Assembly (NCBI GenBank): GCA_051362555.1
Contig: CM120641.1
Span: 34,540,401-34,604,400, forward strand
Direction: 5' to 3'
Source: Lingula anatina
Taxonomy: Eukaryota > Animalia > Brachiopoda
DNA length: 64,000 nucleotides
Numbering within the stretch: the first letter of the stretch is position 1; each line of letters opens with the position of its first letter. Of this stretch, positions 1-14,100 are shown one piece after another. Position numbers and translations under genes: made by a program. Below the pieces are notes generated by a model that worked only from the letters and a program-made list of their open reading frames with translations, was not told the DNA's origin and did no database searches.

Positions 1-61
1 ATTATTTAAATATATATGTAAGATTATAAATGGAATAAGATACATTTTTAAAATTTTTCAG

Positions 62-2284
62 ATTGATTGTGAGCAAGTGTTCCTGTGGATTGTCAGAAAG
101 GATAGGCTTTCAAAAATTTGTCATCACACAAAATGTGCTTGACTTGGTGTATTCCCAGACTTTGTGCTGGTGAGTGAACTTTTTCTAGAATATTTTTTCA
201 CAAAAATTATAAACCATAGTTTAGCATTCATAGCATTGCTCTGGAAAATGTTAAAGATTAAATGCTGCATTCATTTTCACATTGATGGTATTATTTTTGC
301 TTTATAAAACCATATTTTCAGTTGAAAAAAGTTGCAGAAAATTATTATGTGCTGTGTCTGGTTTCATCTCTTTCTCACCCTGAAGACATTTCTCTAGGTT
401 GTCAAATCATGAAGTAAGAAGTTTTTGACATTCTATTTCAGGTTGGGAGGGTTCTTCAGTCCCCTTATTCCAGCCCTCTACGTGATTAAGTATTTTATTT
501 ACTTCTACCTCAAAAAGGTATGTTCTAAATGTCTAAATTAAAAACTTTTCCTATAATTGGCAACTACACTGATCATTCTTCAATAACATATTGTAATTGT
601 AATCATTTTGTACCAGTGTTAAGTGGTAAATGCCAGACTGCATTAAGTGAATAATATTGTGAACATTTCAGGCGTCCCTGTTGGTTAACATGGAACCGCC
701 TGACCGTCCATACAGAGCTTCCAAGTCCAATTCATTCTTTATGGTCATCCTGATGATTGCATTTGGACTCATCTGTTTACCTGTGGGCTGGTGTATTACT
801 AAGTAAGATCTCTTGTTCAGTTCTCAACATTCTTTTCAAGTATAAAATTACATAACTTTAAAATATGATTCAAGTGTGAAAAAGGTTGTTGCCAAACTTT
901 TAATATTTATATGTTGAAAATGAATATGTAGTCTCCATGATAGTAAATATGTCCACAGTATTTTAGGGATGCGTTGTCATCTTTTTTCATTTCAATTTAT
1001 TGATCTGCTCATCTTTTTATCTAAAAAATTGTTTTAAAAAAACATATTTAGGTAGATTTAACAACTATTTTTAAATGGGATGTGTATTTAAAGATACAAT
1101 TAGGACTAGAAAAGGGAGCAAAAAATAATCACAATTCCATAGTAAACTTCCGCATATTTGTATTCAAAAGTAGTTCTGAAATATGTCACTATATTGCATG
1201 TTTGATTCCCAACAATGTAGTAAGAATAAAATCTGTCTGTGATACATGTTGTAAAAAACCTCAAAAGTAATTTTTCTGTAATCTTTAAAACAAGTTGACT
1301 TTTTTTTCATTCCCAATTCTCATTTTTTAAAACTGTGGTATTTATTGCAGGCTAACTCCCTCCAAAGGATGTGGACCTTTCCGCATCTACAGCTACATGA
1401 TCGATGTGATCCCTCTGGCTATTTCCACATGGCCAACGTGGTTGCAAGAAGGCCTAAAATTCATCTCTTCAGCTGGATTTACAATCCCTGCCTTTATCAT
1501 TTTATTGTGAGTGTGCAAATCAGCCCTCAGCATCAATAAGTAAAATGTTAAGAATCAAATGTTCTATTACCTGGCAAAGCAGCGTTGTATACTCAAGTCT
1601 TAAAGTTTTAAGCTAGTTTTTATATACAACAGGCAATTTTCAAGATGTCTTAACACTAAGCATAGGCATGCTAATTTAATTTATTTTCCACATTTATGTA
1701 CATGTACTACTTCAAGTACCTGTTGCAGTGCTGTGTTGTAGTATTAAGTTAAACATTATCTCTACTCTGTCAGTAAATGATACTTTGGAGTGTTCTCTTT
1801 TAAAAGCACAAATGCTTAAGCTACAAAAATTTTAACATAATGTGTATGCATAAATAGCACCTTTTGTTTGCCATTTTAGGATTGTGATTTACTACTACCA
1901 TGCTTTGGCCTCAGCCAGAAAAGAGATGGTAAAACTGATGAAAGAACAACTTGCTTTGGTGAGTGTATAGTACCAAAGTTTGCTTTTTCTTTAAGTTATA
2001 TTTTGAATTGGAAACTGCTCTGTTGTTTTAATTTCTAATTTATATCACAACAGGTTGTTTATGACTAGATTACTCTTAAAATTCCTTATTCCCTTTTTTC
2101 ACAGGAGGGTAGAGACAAGCAGTTCCTGCTGCAACAAATCAAAGATGGTGATGAGGATGGAAAAGCAGCTGAGCAAAAAGTGACTGTGACAAAAGAGACT
2201 AATAAGTCAGTAGTAAGCGCTACCGAAGTCCGCTTAAGGAAAGTACAGTCACCTCCAGGAGTGCCACTAGATTCAGATTTTTAG
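62..2284 (+). CDS. Transmembrane channel-like protein (TMC7-like), last six coding exons; 5' part outside the window
   Basis: Exons 62-169, 442-517, 672-802, 1351-1506, 1880-1958, 2105-2284 (GT-AG, phases compatible). They translate to [28 protein letters not shown]...YRASKSNSFF...PSKGCGPF...EQLALEGRDKQFL, which are TMC-domain and C-terminal motifs. Stop TAG at 2282-2284. Confidence 0.9.
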
Positions 2285-3119
2285 GTTATTACTTTATCGA
2301 TAGATGATTTTTTTTGTACCTTATTGTCTGTGGACAATGCACGTGTTGGAGCTTTCTGTGCTGGATTATGCTTTTATTTATTTTAGTTATAATATTTTAA
2401 TTTTTGTGGTTATGTGCAGGGGTGTTTAATAAATTTTGAAAATGGATAGAGCAAAGCTGTGCATAATCAGTGTAAGGATCATGGTGTAGTTGATGTGATG
2501 AATCTGAACATTTTTACTTTTAGCTTCAAAGCAACACTGTGATAGTTTGCCATTTGTCTGCTCATACTTGTCACACAAACTGAAAAGAAAAGCACTGTAC
2601 ATACATGTGTATTTTGTCTGCTTACGAAGAGTGCATAAACCAATACACCAGGTGTGATTTTTTAAACATTCCATTAAAATATTAACATCTTTCTGATTAA
2701 TGTTTATTTCTACTTTTTACTTATTTTCTATTAAGAAAATCTTTACAAGAAGTATTGTATTTCTGTAAGGGCAGGTCCCCTGATGTTAATGTTAGCTTTG
2801 GAAAGTATATTATAATAGAATATGTTCAATTATTTATTTAAGGTTTTGGAATTATTTAAAGTGGTTTACTAGGAATTTATGCAAGGCAAATTAAATATCT
2901 AAGTGTATTTTATATGGAAATCTTGAATATTGTTATTCCGTCCTGAAAGGGGAAATAGTAGAATACCATGTGTGCATAATGACTTTTATCATATATACTG
3001 AACAAAATAGAAACATTTGTCTCAAAGTTGCTTTTGCAAAGTATAAGTAATTGATATAGAGAGTCAGGGATTAACATTGTCTGATTCATGTATATTACTC
3101 TGTGTAAAAAAAAGAAAAA

Positions 3120-4470
3120 AACAAGACAGCACTGTTCTGAAATGTTTTTTTATCCATTTTTAACTTTTTTAACATAAAACAAAATTAACAGTTTACTGCC
3201 ATTTTTATATGATCAACTAAGAAAATTGATGAGATGTGAAAAATATCAATAAAACGGTGTCAAATGTCCAATTTCCTCCATTCTGAGTTTCTGAACATAG
3301 TGAATGATTGAATCTTACAAACTGTAATGATATGAGTTTATTTCCATTTTTGAAACTTTATTACACAATACACGATAACAAGTTTACCATCATTTTTACA
3401 AAATCAACTAACAATGTTGTAAAGATGCAGGAAATGTCAAACAAACACTTTTACGTATCTTATTAATTAAATAATGAAACTGTTAACATGCCTAAAAATT
3501 GAATCTGAGGAAATGTGAAACAAGACAGCACTATTCTGAAATGGGTTTATTTCCATTTTTAACACTTTTTTAACATAAAACAAAATTAACAGTTTACTGC
3601 CATTTTTATATGATCAATTAAGAAAATTGATGAGATGTGAAAAATATCAATAGAACAGTGTCAAATGTCCAATTTCCTCCATTCTGAGTTTCTGAACATA
3701 GTGAATGATTGAATCTTACAAACTGCAATGATATGAGTTTATTTCCATTTTTGACACCTTATTACACAATACACGATAACAAGTTTACCATCATATTTAC
3801 ATAATCAACTAACAATGTTGTAAAGATGCAGGAAATGTCAAACAAACACTTTTACGTATCTTATTAATTAAATAATGAGACTGTTAACATGCCTAAGAAT
3901 TGAATCTGAGGAAATGTGAAAAAACAGCATTACTTATAAAATAATGGTCTGATTATGCTGATTTTCGAACTTGACCTGCGTTTTAGTAAGATTGATTACT
4001 CCTGTGAGTTTCATGACAACAGGCCTATGGGTTTTCCTTGAAATGTGTTAACAGTGTTGCATATATGCTGAAAAGTGAAAAAACAGCATAACTACTAAAA
4101 TAGTGGCCCGATCATGCCGATTTTTCGAACTTGATCTGCGTTTTAGTAAGATTGATTACTCCTGTGAGTTTCATGACAACAGGCCTATCAGTTTTCCTTG
4201 AAATGTGTTAACAGTGTTGCATATATGCTGAAAAGTGAAAAAACAGCATAAATTCTACAATAATGGCCCGATCATGCTGATTTTCGAACTTGACCTGTGT
4301 TTTATGAATATTCATCAGCTCTGTAAATATAAAGCCAAAAAGTAAAACTGTCTTCCACTTATGGTGTTAACGCTGAAAGTGCACGGCGACGGCGACGGCG
4401 ACATGATCGGCGACGACAGACGCAGGTGATGGCAATATGTACAGACACATCTGTGTCTGTACATAAAAAA
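3120..4470 (+). mobile_element. Non-autonomous Helentron/HINE-like composite repeat
   Basis: Starts AACAAG after an A-run. Contains two ~399-bp tandem units (3122-3520, 3521-3920) and ~2.5 units of ~160 bp (3921-4300), then a (GGCGAC)n microsatellite, a perfect 14-bp hairpin TATGTACAGACACA-tc-TGTGTCTGTACATA (4436-4465) and an A-run. Confidence 0.6.
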
Positions 4471-5108
4471 TGCATTATTTCCATTATAAAATTATTTTTG
4501 TGAAACATGAAAATGCATTTTTTAAAAATTTTGTCCAGTATAGTTAAAGAAAACAAGCTTTACTTTTTCTTGACACTATGAAGAACATCATTTTTATATT
4601 AATGTTTTATAGTAATGAAAACATACTTTAACATTCCAGTCCACTTAAACAAAACTTCTCAATATTATTTTGTATATCGACTTCTACATGCCTCGTTTAT
4701 AAATGAAAAAGGGTATTTAATTTAATTGTTATTGTGATTGGATGAGTGCTTTCTCACAAACATTCCCGTTTACACAAACTGAAATAAACTCCTTTACAGT
4801 GAGTGGAATATTTATTTAATGCAAAAATATAGTTTATGGTCAACTTGAAATAAATATGTTTTTAAAAAAAAAAATTCACCTTCAACTGATCAGACATGAG
4901 TCCATGGTCACATCAAACAAACACTGAACTGTCTCCATTAAGTCTTAACAGAAATGATCACATACACCAATCTCCTGTGAATGTCAAATGTTCTATGTTA
5001 ACTGTCCTCAAAAGTTTAATTAAAGGTACAAAGATAACGTCAGTGAAGATTGCACCTATGTGAAGAGTAATTTAAAGAGATATGGAACATGGAAAAAAAT
5101 TCGCCACT

Positions 5109-8100
5109 TCAGACACCTGTGTTAGGAGCACTTTGTTGTCCATTTGGAGCCAACCCCGTTCCCTGTGCATTATCTGCAGTCCCCTGTATTTCCTCTTCCT
5201 CTTCTGTATCCCTGTGTATTGAGCTGTTAGAACTGCTTGTGGAGCCAGTCTGGCTGGCTGTCTCTACAGAGTCTGTGCTTCTCACCAGAGAAGCTGCATC
5301 AAAGTTCATGGCTGCCTGAGCTTTACGGATCATGTCCATGTTAGGAGTAAAATATAAAATGTTCAGACTGATGCACAATGGAAATGTGACATGGCGGTCC
5401 AAGACTAACACAACTGTCTCCTGTAATACACAGTAAAGAGAATTTTAGATTAGTAAATCACCATAATATGTGGAAATTTTTAAGCCTTTTATTGCTCTCT
5501 TTCTATCTACCCTGAATCCACTAATTTCCTTTTTTTAAACTAAATCACTGTAAGATAGACTTGACATAATCCAATTTATCACTAAACAAACATAAGCAAC
5601 ACTAATATAAGCCAGAACTGTTAATAATACTCTATAGCTAATGAAGCAAGATGCTAACCAAAAACCAACCCACTGATAACTAAAATATAAGCCATTCACC
5701 CTTTGCAAAATGTGACAACATAAAAACTAATAAATAATCCAGACCTGTGTAGAGTGTAGAACATGATCTAAACTCCATAGGTCTGTGCTCACCTCATCTT
5801 TTCCAAGACTGAGATATTTAATACCACTGGACTTAACATACTCTGTATGTCCTAGAGTATCAAATGACGACACGGTCACTCTGAAATAAGAAGATATTTT
5901 AACATAAAATTAAATGTAGATCGTTCATATCTAACAAAATGAATTCCAATAGCATACAGTGCACACACACACACGCGTGCGCACGCGCGTGCACACACAC
6001 AGTTCACTTACAGACATAGCCCATTTGCAACATTCTTCATCTACTCACCAACTCATTTAGAACTTTTTAAAAGTTAACCTTTTTAACCTGTTTAAATTCA
6101 ATACCAAAATGCTCATCTGAATACTGACCGAAATGCTAAATGTCTCTTTGCCTGTAAACTAATAGAACTTTGGCATTCTTGACTGTAGGTGTTCCTCTTC
6201 AATATCAGCAGGCTGGAAAAAGTCAAGAAATATGTGTACCAGTTGTTATAACATGATAATAGTAATTTGCCAAACAATTTATCACTGAAAATCTTAAAAT
6301 TTCTAGTCAAACACCACAAATCCAGAGGTCACTGAAAATCTTTTTGTCGTGTTTAAAAGGCTTGACACACTCTCCCTACAGTTAATGTATCAAACATATG
6401 GCAGCTCATAGCCTTTTGGTGATTAATTCTCAGACTTGCCATATTCTGACCTATTGCTAAACTTACCCATTGGTAAAAGTAACTAGCAGATCCACTCCAA
6501 AATGATAGCCAGTCCACCTCCAGCAATACTGAAATATAAAGGAACACACCCTCATTATTTGTTAAGCAAAATCTGCCTAGTTTTCACACAATATGCAGCT
6601 TGTTGTCTGCATGTATACTTCTTGTACTAGGGATTAGCAAGTGTCATGAAGTTACTCTTAACATAAAGTTAAACACTTAATGTACTAACCTGCATAAAGG
6701 GGCCCACAAATTCTACATACGTATTGGCATAATTGGCATATGTTGTATGTTTAGTTCTTGGAAGAGAGGCCCTAACTTTCAGATGTTGTTTCTTTATAAT
6801 TCTGGTTCAAATTCATATAAATAAACATACTGAATCCACAGACATACTCTTGGATTAACTGCATTAAATAACCCATAATTTTCGCCTTCAAACTGAGAGT
6901 TGGAATAAATGTAAGCAGTACCTCCTTCTCAGTTTTCAGCACCCTTCCATATCTGACAGCTGTCTGGTAGAAGATCTCATCCCCAATGTCCTTAGGCCCC
7001 AGGTCCAGACCCTGTTCCATCTTCAGCATGTGGTGCCACTGACACTTGTACCAAGGGTAGAGCCAGGACTCAGGGACAATCCTGTCCCTTTCTAACACCT
7101 GGGTTGACGTGATGTCATTCACTAGATGCTGGAACCTCAGGCATTGGAAGGCTTCAACGTACTGCTGGCCTTTCTCCGTCTCCAAGAAATAGACTGTGGG
7201 TGGCTCTGAAACAGGCAATTGTGTCTTTGATTTTAGGCAAACTGTAGTTTGTTTGATTAACTATGATTTGTTTTGTATTTTTAAATATATATTGTGCAAA
7301 GAAAATGATTATTTCAAAACTGTATAAAAGCAAAATGAATCTGAAAAAAAAAATCAAATATAGGGAAAACATATAAAGATATTTCCTTTCATTACTTGAA
7401 CAGAAATATAATCAGAATCCACTGAATACGCAAATTGTTGGTTTACCTGTACTTCTGAAATAGCTGTCTGCTTCTTCAGCAACCTGCTTGGAACTACCAC
7501 TCCATGTTGGTGTACAAAGGAGAAACATCCACTAAAAACAAACAGAGATCTTTTAAAACATGTATTTAATGCAAATTCTTAGTTCAAATAAGAAGGCTTA
7601 CTAGCTATGTTGACAAATAAAGAGCTTTTTAAACAATTCAACTGTGACAGGGCCACCTAAGAACTTTGAGTGCAGAGAAAAAAGTTAACTTTTTTTTTTA
7701 CTTAGAGGGTATATAAATAGTGTTGGGTTATAGTAACGTATACACAACAAGTGAGGAACAATTTATTTCATTGAATCAGTAATGTAAAATGGGCATGGTT
7801 CCTATCAAAATTGTACAATATTTCAGGCCTGTAGCCAGTGGAGTTTGCCGGCAAAGGTCCCCTCTGGGTAAAATTTTATCTAGGTACGTGAAGGTTTCAT
7901 GGTAAAGGGTCCACTTTTTCAGAAAAATAATCCCTTTTTGAAATTGCTGGCTACAGGCCCATATTTTGTGTCTGAAATGAGTCCTATAAACAGGTGCGTC
8001 TCATTTCCATCTGTTCATTTCACATCACCAACTCATGACTTACACCCTTAGTAAATCTGATTTAAAGTTTCGAGCTCATACAGTAGCAGCACAGAGGACA

Positions 8101-11100
8101 ATATGAAGACACTGATAATTTTCTCTGCTGTATTAGCAGTTGCCTTGGTAAGTATTTATTTCACAGCTAGCACTGCTATATTATCCACGCCATGGAGGGT
8201 GTTGTTTTCATTGGTCTTGTTTTTTTTTTGTCTGTTTGTTGTTTGTTAGTGGACAAGATATCTCGAAAAGGATCTCTCACAAATTTTGATGAAATTTTCA
8301 GGTTAGACAGTGATTGGGATGGGAAAGAAGTTGACAAGTTCACTTGAATCTAGGCTAAAGAATGTTTTAAAAAAAGAATTATTTATCGTCTTTTTCTTTG
8401 GCACAGGTCTTTGCTCTTGGAATGCCTGAGAGTTCAAGTAACATTTAAAAAGATTATCTAACCATAAGTTTCAGTGCTTATTCCATGCTAATATAACTTT
8501 TGCATACAAATGTGAAGAAGCTGCACCACACTTGGTCTTAAACTTAGGCTACAATTTCCTAATCAAGTTAAAATTGGAGGGTTAAAGTAACTTCAAAATA
8601 TACGTAGATATTTGTATCTAGGGAGCAGATACCATCCGTGACTGCAAGACCAAAGCAGACTGTAATGATGATGAATGCTGTGTCCCTGAAATGAACTTCC
8701 TCTTACTGAGCAAGAGGGGTCTGGCTGAATTGCCTTTTCGCCCTACCAGAGGTGAGATGTTCTTAACAACTTTAACACCAAACCGTTTAACTGCTGTTTA
8801 TATTGCAAAAAAACTTAATGCACTAGACCTGTGTCCCTATCTGACTAAATAGATATGTATTTAAATAAATGCACACAAATTAAGAACAATTTAGTCCAGT
8901 CTAGGTAGCTTTCTAGTTTTTTTGTAAAGAAAAACTTTACCTATCATACTTGGTATAGCAGGGATGATGAAGATATGGAACACAAAGCTTGTTGTTGAGC
9001 AACTTCGAAAATCTACTTTACTGAGAATACAGCCTTTAGTTTGGATATGTTAAGTACAAGGTGATGGTTTTTATTTTATTTTCACTATCTATTTTTGTAC
9101 ATATCAAATCTCACTTCCTCCACCAATGAAGGAGATTGCAGTGGTGTTTGCTTGAAGGCAAGATATCGCAAATAGCCTTTCACAGATTTTGTTATCTATT
9201 TGTTCATATAGAGGGCAGATGTGTGGCCTACATCCAGAAAAATGCCTCCTGTCACAATCTGGGCTTTGCTACCTGTGGCTGTGCTCCAGGTCTCAAGTGT
9301 AATTATTACCCAGATGGCAAGACTAAGAGGAGGATCCCCTGGAAACCTGGCAGTTCTTTTTGTGAGGACGATACCCAATAAACTAAACATTAAAGGATGA
9401 GAATCGATTTGTTTATCTAATTTTCTTTAGTCTCATTCTGAATTTTGGTATGATGTACAAAAGGTTAATAAAAGGCGTCCTAACAAATAATCCGTTGTGG
9501 TTTTCTATCAGTGAAACATTAAAATAGGTTGCAAAAGCCCAACTAGGCAATGTTTGATTTTCCTCCCAAATTAACTTTCTTTTTTTATGAATATCAGGTA
9601 AAAAAATTGTGCTTATACATATAATCACTGTCTGTCAGCACATTGGCAGAACTTATGTGTATTCCACATAACCAAACTTGTTTAAAATATAGACTGCAAT
9701 ACAAATTCTGATTTCTTGTTCCTGAATGGACTTGCTCAAATACCTTACCTTTTTCAGCATGGTATATACATCCATCTCTACCTGCATCACATAGAGGTTT
9801 GGGGAGGACACCAGTAATTTCATAAGGTCAATGCTACAAATAATTAAATACATATATAACAGTCAACATACAACAAACAATTGAAGACATGTAAAACAGC
9901 CAAAATACTTGCAAATATGGAATATTTTTTAAATCAAATAAAACAGTGGGCAATTTCAGATCAACTTTAAAACCTAGTAATAGCTGACATGAGAGAAGTG
10001 AGGGAGTTCAGTGCCGAGACATTATGCCTACATTGTTAATTATCACTAAATTAAGCACGTTTCTAAATCATCTCCTCACCTGATCTCTCTGAGTAAAGTA
10101 GTAGTCTGCATAGTCATGACATGTTTCTCCAGCCACTGGATGCTCTTCTTGGCCACCCCCTGCTGACCATACATCTGGGCAGCTCCATAGTACCAACAGG
10201 CAGTCTTAGCACTGGAATACATAGGGGGAAAATACTGTAAAAACAGTCCAATAAATATCAAATACTAACAGTAATTGCTTGATCGTTTCAATTGGGGGGG
10301 GGGGGAGAATTCTATACAGTAAAAGCATCACATATACAGTAAAAGCATCAAAGATCAAGTTATTACCGTTAATGTATATTGAAGATGCATTCCTGTACAT
10401 GTATTTCAATCCATTTTCCAAAAAAAATTTGATGAAATATATTATCCACGCCATAGAAGGAGGTTGTTTTCATTGGTCTTGGTTTTTTTGTCTATAAATA
10501 TGAACTAAATTCTCTGTGTCACTCAGCAAGTGAGACAGTGAAAGTCAGTAAGGAAAATCTCAACACAAAATGTTTGTTGTTTCTATTCCTTCATGGTGAG
10601 GTCACAAGCATTTCAGCTGACCCCCAAAATACAGTTGTTTTGGAAGATGCTTTACAGCACATAGGTAGCAGAAGTAAGCAGCCAAGAGACAAGTAAGCTA
10701 CCTCACCTAATAGTCTCCTTCATTATTTCTGCACACTGACAAATAAGGCCTTCCTGGAATGACAAATACCACTGTGTTAGAATGGCATAAATTAATAGCT
10801 TGCAAATCATGGCTTAGCACAAAGAAGAGTATCCCTATATATCATTATGCACAGTGAGAATACCTGTATATGTATAATACCCCATTAACTTTGCTGTAAA
10901 GTGTACAATAATTTTAATAAACAAAAGGAGCCAATCAAAATTTGACAAATCTCAACAATGCTGAAAATTCAGAGGCATTTACAAAGTCGCTGACACAAAC
11001 ATAATTATACTAATAAAAATTAAATTAAACCTGGACTTATCTATGGCACATATGCAAAGAATTCATTTCTAGGATGACTAAGGGTGCATTCCCATAGATT

Positions 11101-14100
11101 TTAGATCGATCTATCCCCGTGGGGAGTCTTACTAGATTACTGTCAGATAATCCAGCTGAAATGTCCGACCCGCCTACTACAAGCTGTAAGGGGGTAATTA
11201 ACTTTCGTGCCCGCTCGGCTGACAGCTATTTAGCGTGAACCCCCAGGGAGTTGGGTCGATCTAGTTGGGAATGGGGTCTTAGTCATTGTAATATCAAATT
11301 TCCAGTCTTACCAATTGTAGTAGTGTTGCTGCCGCCAAGGCACTCACTACATTGGCAGGCTTGATGGACACATCATCACGATACAGAGATCCAAATGCAA
11401 TCTTCAAGGCTGAAAAACACAAGAAGAATTAATTTATCAAGGCTAGAATACATAATGTCTGTCCAATCCTATACAATAAAAATATGGGTTGATTTCTATG
11501 TATCACAATATTTACAGAAAAATTCAGTGCTATGTCCACCACTAGAAAAGTTACCCTAGATCATACAAGTACTCAAGCCAATCAGTGATGATACTTCAAA
11601 TATCATTTAAAATGCAATAATTACATAATACAATCCAAGTTGTGTTCTGGGATCAATCTGGTAATAAAACACACTGAAAAGAATGCACAATCCATTTCAC
11701 TTCAATAACTATGTGCCCAGAGCTACAATACCATTACCTTCCTCATCAATATTGTCATCAGGGATGTCCATGTTTATCACAGACTGCTCACTTTCTCTCC
11801 AAGAACCACTGAACATACTTGCAAAGTACCCACACTGCAAGCAAAAAGACAGTTTGACGGTATTTTTTAAAATCATCTTAAACAAACAAAGCAAACAAAG
11901 TTACTAAAAAGAAAAAAAAACAACAGAGCATGGAGGTGGCAAAAAATGGGGAAATTGCTGCTACTGGCATAAAAAATGTATTGCATTTATACTGTGATGA
12001 TATAAAACAGAAGCAATATGATTCATATGAACTGATGCACCTATGTCACACCCTATGTCAAAACTACAGCAATCCCCTCAGACACACGACACTCGTTGGT
12101 TGAGAAAACTTGCACCTGGAGATCATAAGCCATGTACAGTTAACACTGCAAGGTACTGTCATTCCACAAAAAGTACTGAACATGAAGCTTCTGCTAGTTT
12201 TCCTGGCCTGTTTGGCAACTGCTTTTGTGAGTATCATTTACTTACCCTGAAAAATATGACCACACCTTATTTTAATTCATGCATGCTGTTACTTAATTGA
12301 GCAAAAGATCACAATTTCAAAGAAAATAAGGGGACCTGAAAAGCAGTGGCGGATCCAGAGCTATATACTGACAGTCTTCCAAATTATCTTTGTTGATTCA
12401 TCCTCCAATTTTGACCGTCTTCCAACATTAAAAATTGGATACCCGTCAATGTAAACTTGAAAATCTGACCGTCTTCTGGAAGACCCAGAAGACGGCCTAA
12501 ATCCGCCCCTGCTGAAAAGTAATTAATTTTAGGGCATTTGACTCTAATTTGCTATTATTTCTTATTCATCTGAGAGAATGCACTGAAATGAAAACAAAAA
12601 GCACATATCAGTAAAGGATATATGCCGAAATCAGAAACACTATTCCACAACCATTGCATTCCTGAAAAAATATTTTTAAAAATTCAACAAAATTTTTAAC
12701 TTAATTTTAAACTTGATCAGAGTGCAGCAGTGAAGCGTCAAGAATGCACTACAAGTGCTGACTGCCAGAGCAATGAATGCTGTGCCTTGGAGCCTAACCC
12801 CTTCATGGTCAGCAAGAGGGATGTGCAGCCTGTACTACCGGTGCTACCAGTGCAACCTATTGATCTCTGGAAACCTAAAAGTAAGGACAAATACACTGGC
12901 ACTTATATGTGTTGTACGTTAATCATGAATGGCAGTTATCATTTAAATTAAGAAAAAATGGCAGTTATCATTTAAATTAAGAAAAAATGGCAGTTATCAT
13001 TTAAATTAAGAAAAACTCAAGTAATATAGAACTATAATAATGAAATAAAGAAAGAGAGAGAAGATACAGATCGGCAGAGAAGATATAAGTAACAATTATA
13101 GCACTATTTTTTTCTTTTATCGGATGAAGATAATAACCTCACATCTGTAATAAGAATTAAAAGAGACTTTTGTTTTTTCCTACTGTAACTATGTTCAACT
13201 GGCACCTAATATGCAATAGGTAAGGTGTAATGCAATGGTTCTCTATTACAGAGTACTGCTACTCCTACATACAAGAGAATGGATGGTGCGGTAGCTTTCA
13301 CGCCACATGTGGCTGTGCCTCTGGACTAAGCTGCCAGGATATGATGCAAACATTGGAACCCGACCCTATCCCACAAGTCTCCAAGAGAGCAATCCCTGGG
13401 GACTGGCGCTGTACTAAAGTACAACAGTAAGAGGACCTGATTCAACTGCATCATTGCAATTACTGAAACTGTTCTATATTACTTTGAAATGTCTTTGGTG
13501 TAATACTACACAGCGAAAATAAAATTCAATCTGATCACATCAACCTTATTCTTGTATAATTTTATCTTGGTTCTTTTCTTTTCATTATTGTCGTCTCTTC
13601 ATAGTCTAACTGATATGTTGATTGACTAATCATAATCATTCATCAGAAACCTCCCAACATGAATACTTTTCACTTTTTATGAAAATTGACAATCAAGCAT
13701 ATCATAAAGACAAATCAATGCTTTCAAGTATAAAAATATCAAAAATACTTTTTGTCAAGACAAGAAGTATGTATGTAATTTTGGAATATATACAGGTTTT
13801 CCCACAATGCTTAAAAGGACTGCAGACAATAAGACCAACTTGTCTCAGTTCTTCTCATTTTCTGTACAGCAACCTACACTTTTGTTTAAAGGTACACTAC
13901 ATGTATACTAGATATACTAGTAAATTTGTTAATATGTTAACAACATTTAGTTTAATTTGTGCAATAACATATTTTGATACCATACCCAACATAATCCAGC
14001 TTAATAGCAAAGTGTGTGACAAAATAACTTGCAAAAGTACCTACACTGCAAGCAAAATAGACTTTTAGGTGGTATTTTTTGAAGTCATCTTAAAAAAAAA

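Noticed and set aside
12928-13015. CRISPR-like 29-bp repeats
   Set aside because: Units are head-to-tail with no spacers, inside a eukaryotic intron.
13622-14068. 148-aa plus-strand ORF and similar AT-rich ORFs (e.g. 21725-22168, 38505-38855)
   Set aside because: No motifs, composition matches intron sequence, and the frame is not evidently kept in the duplicated copy.
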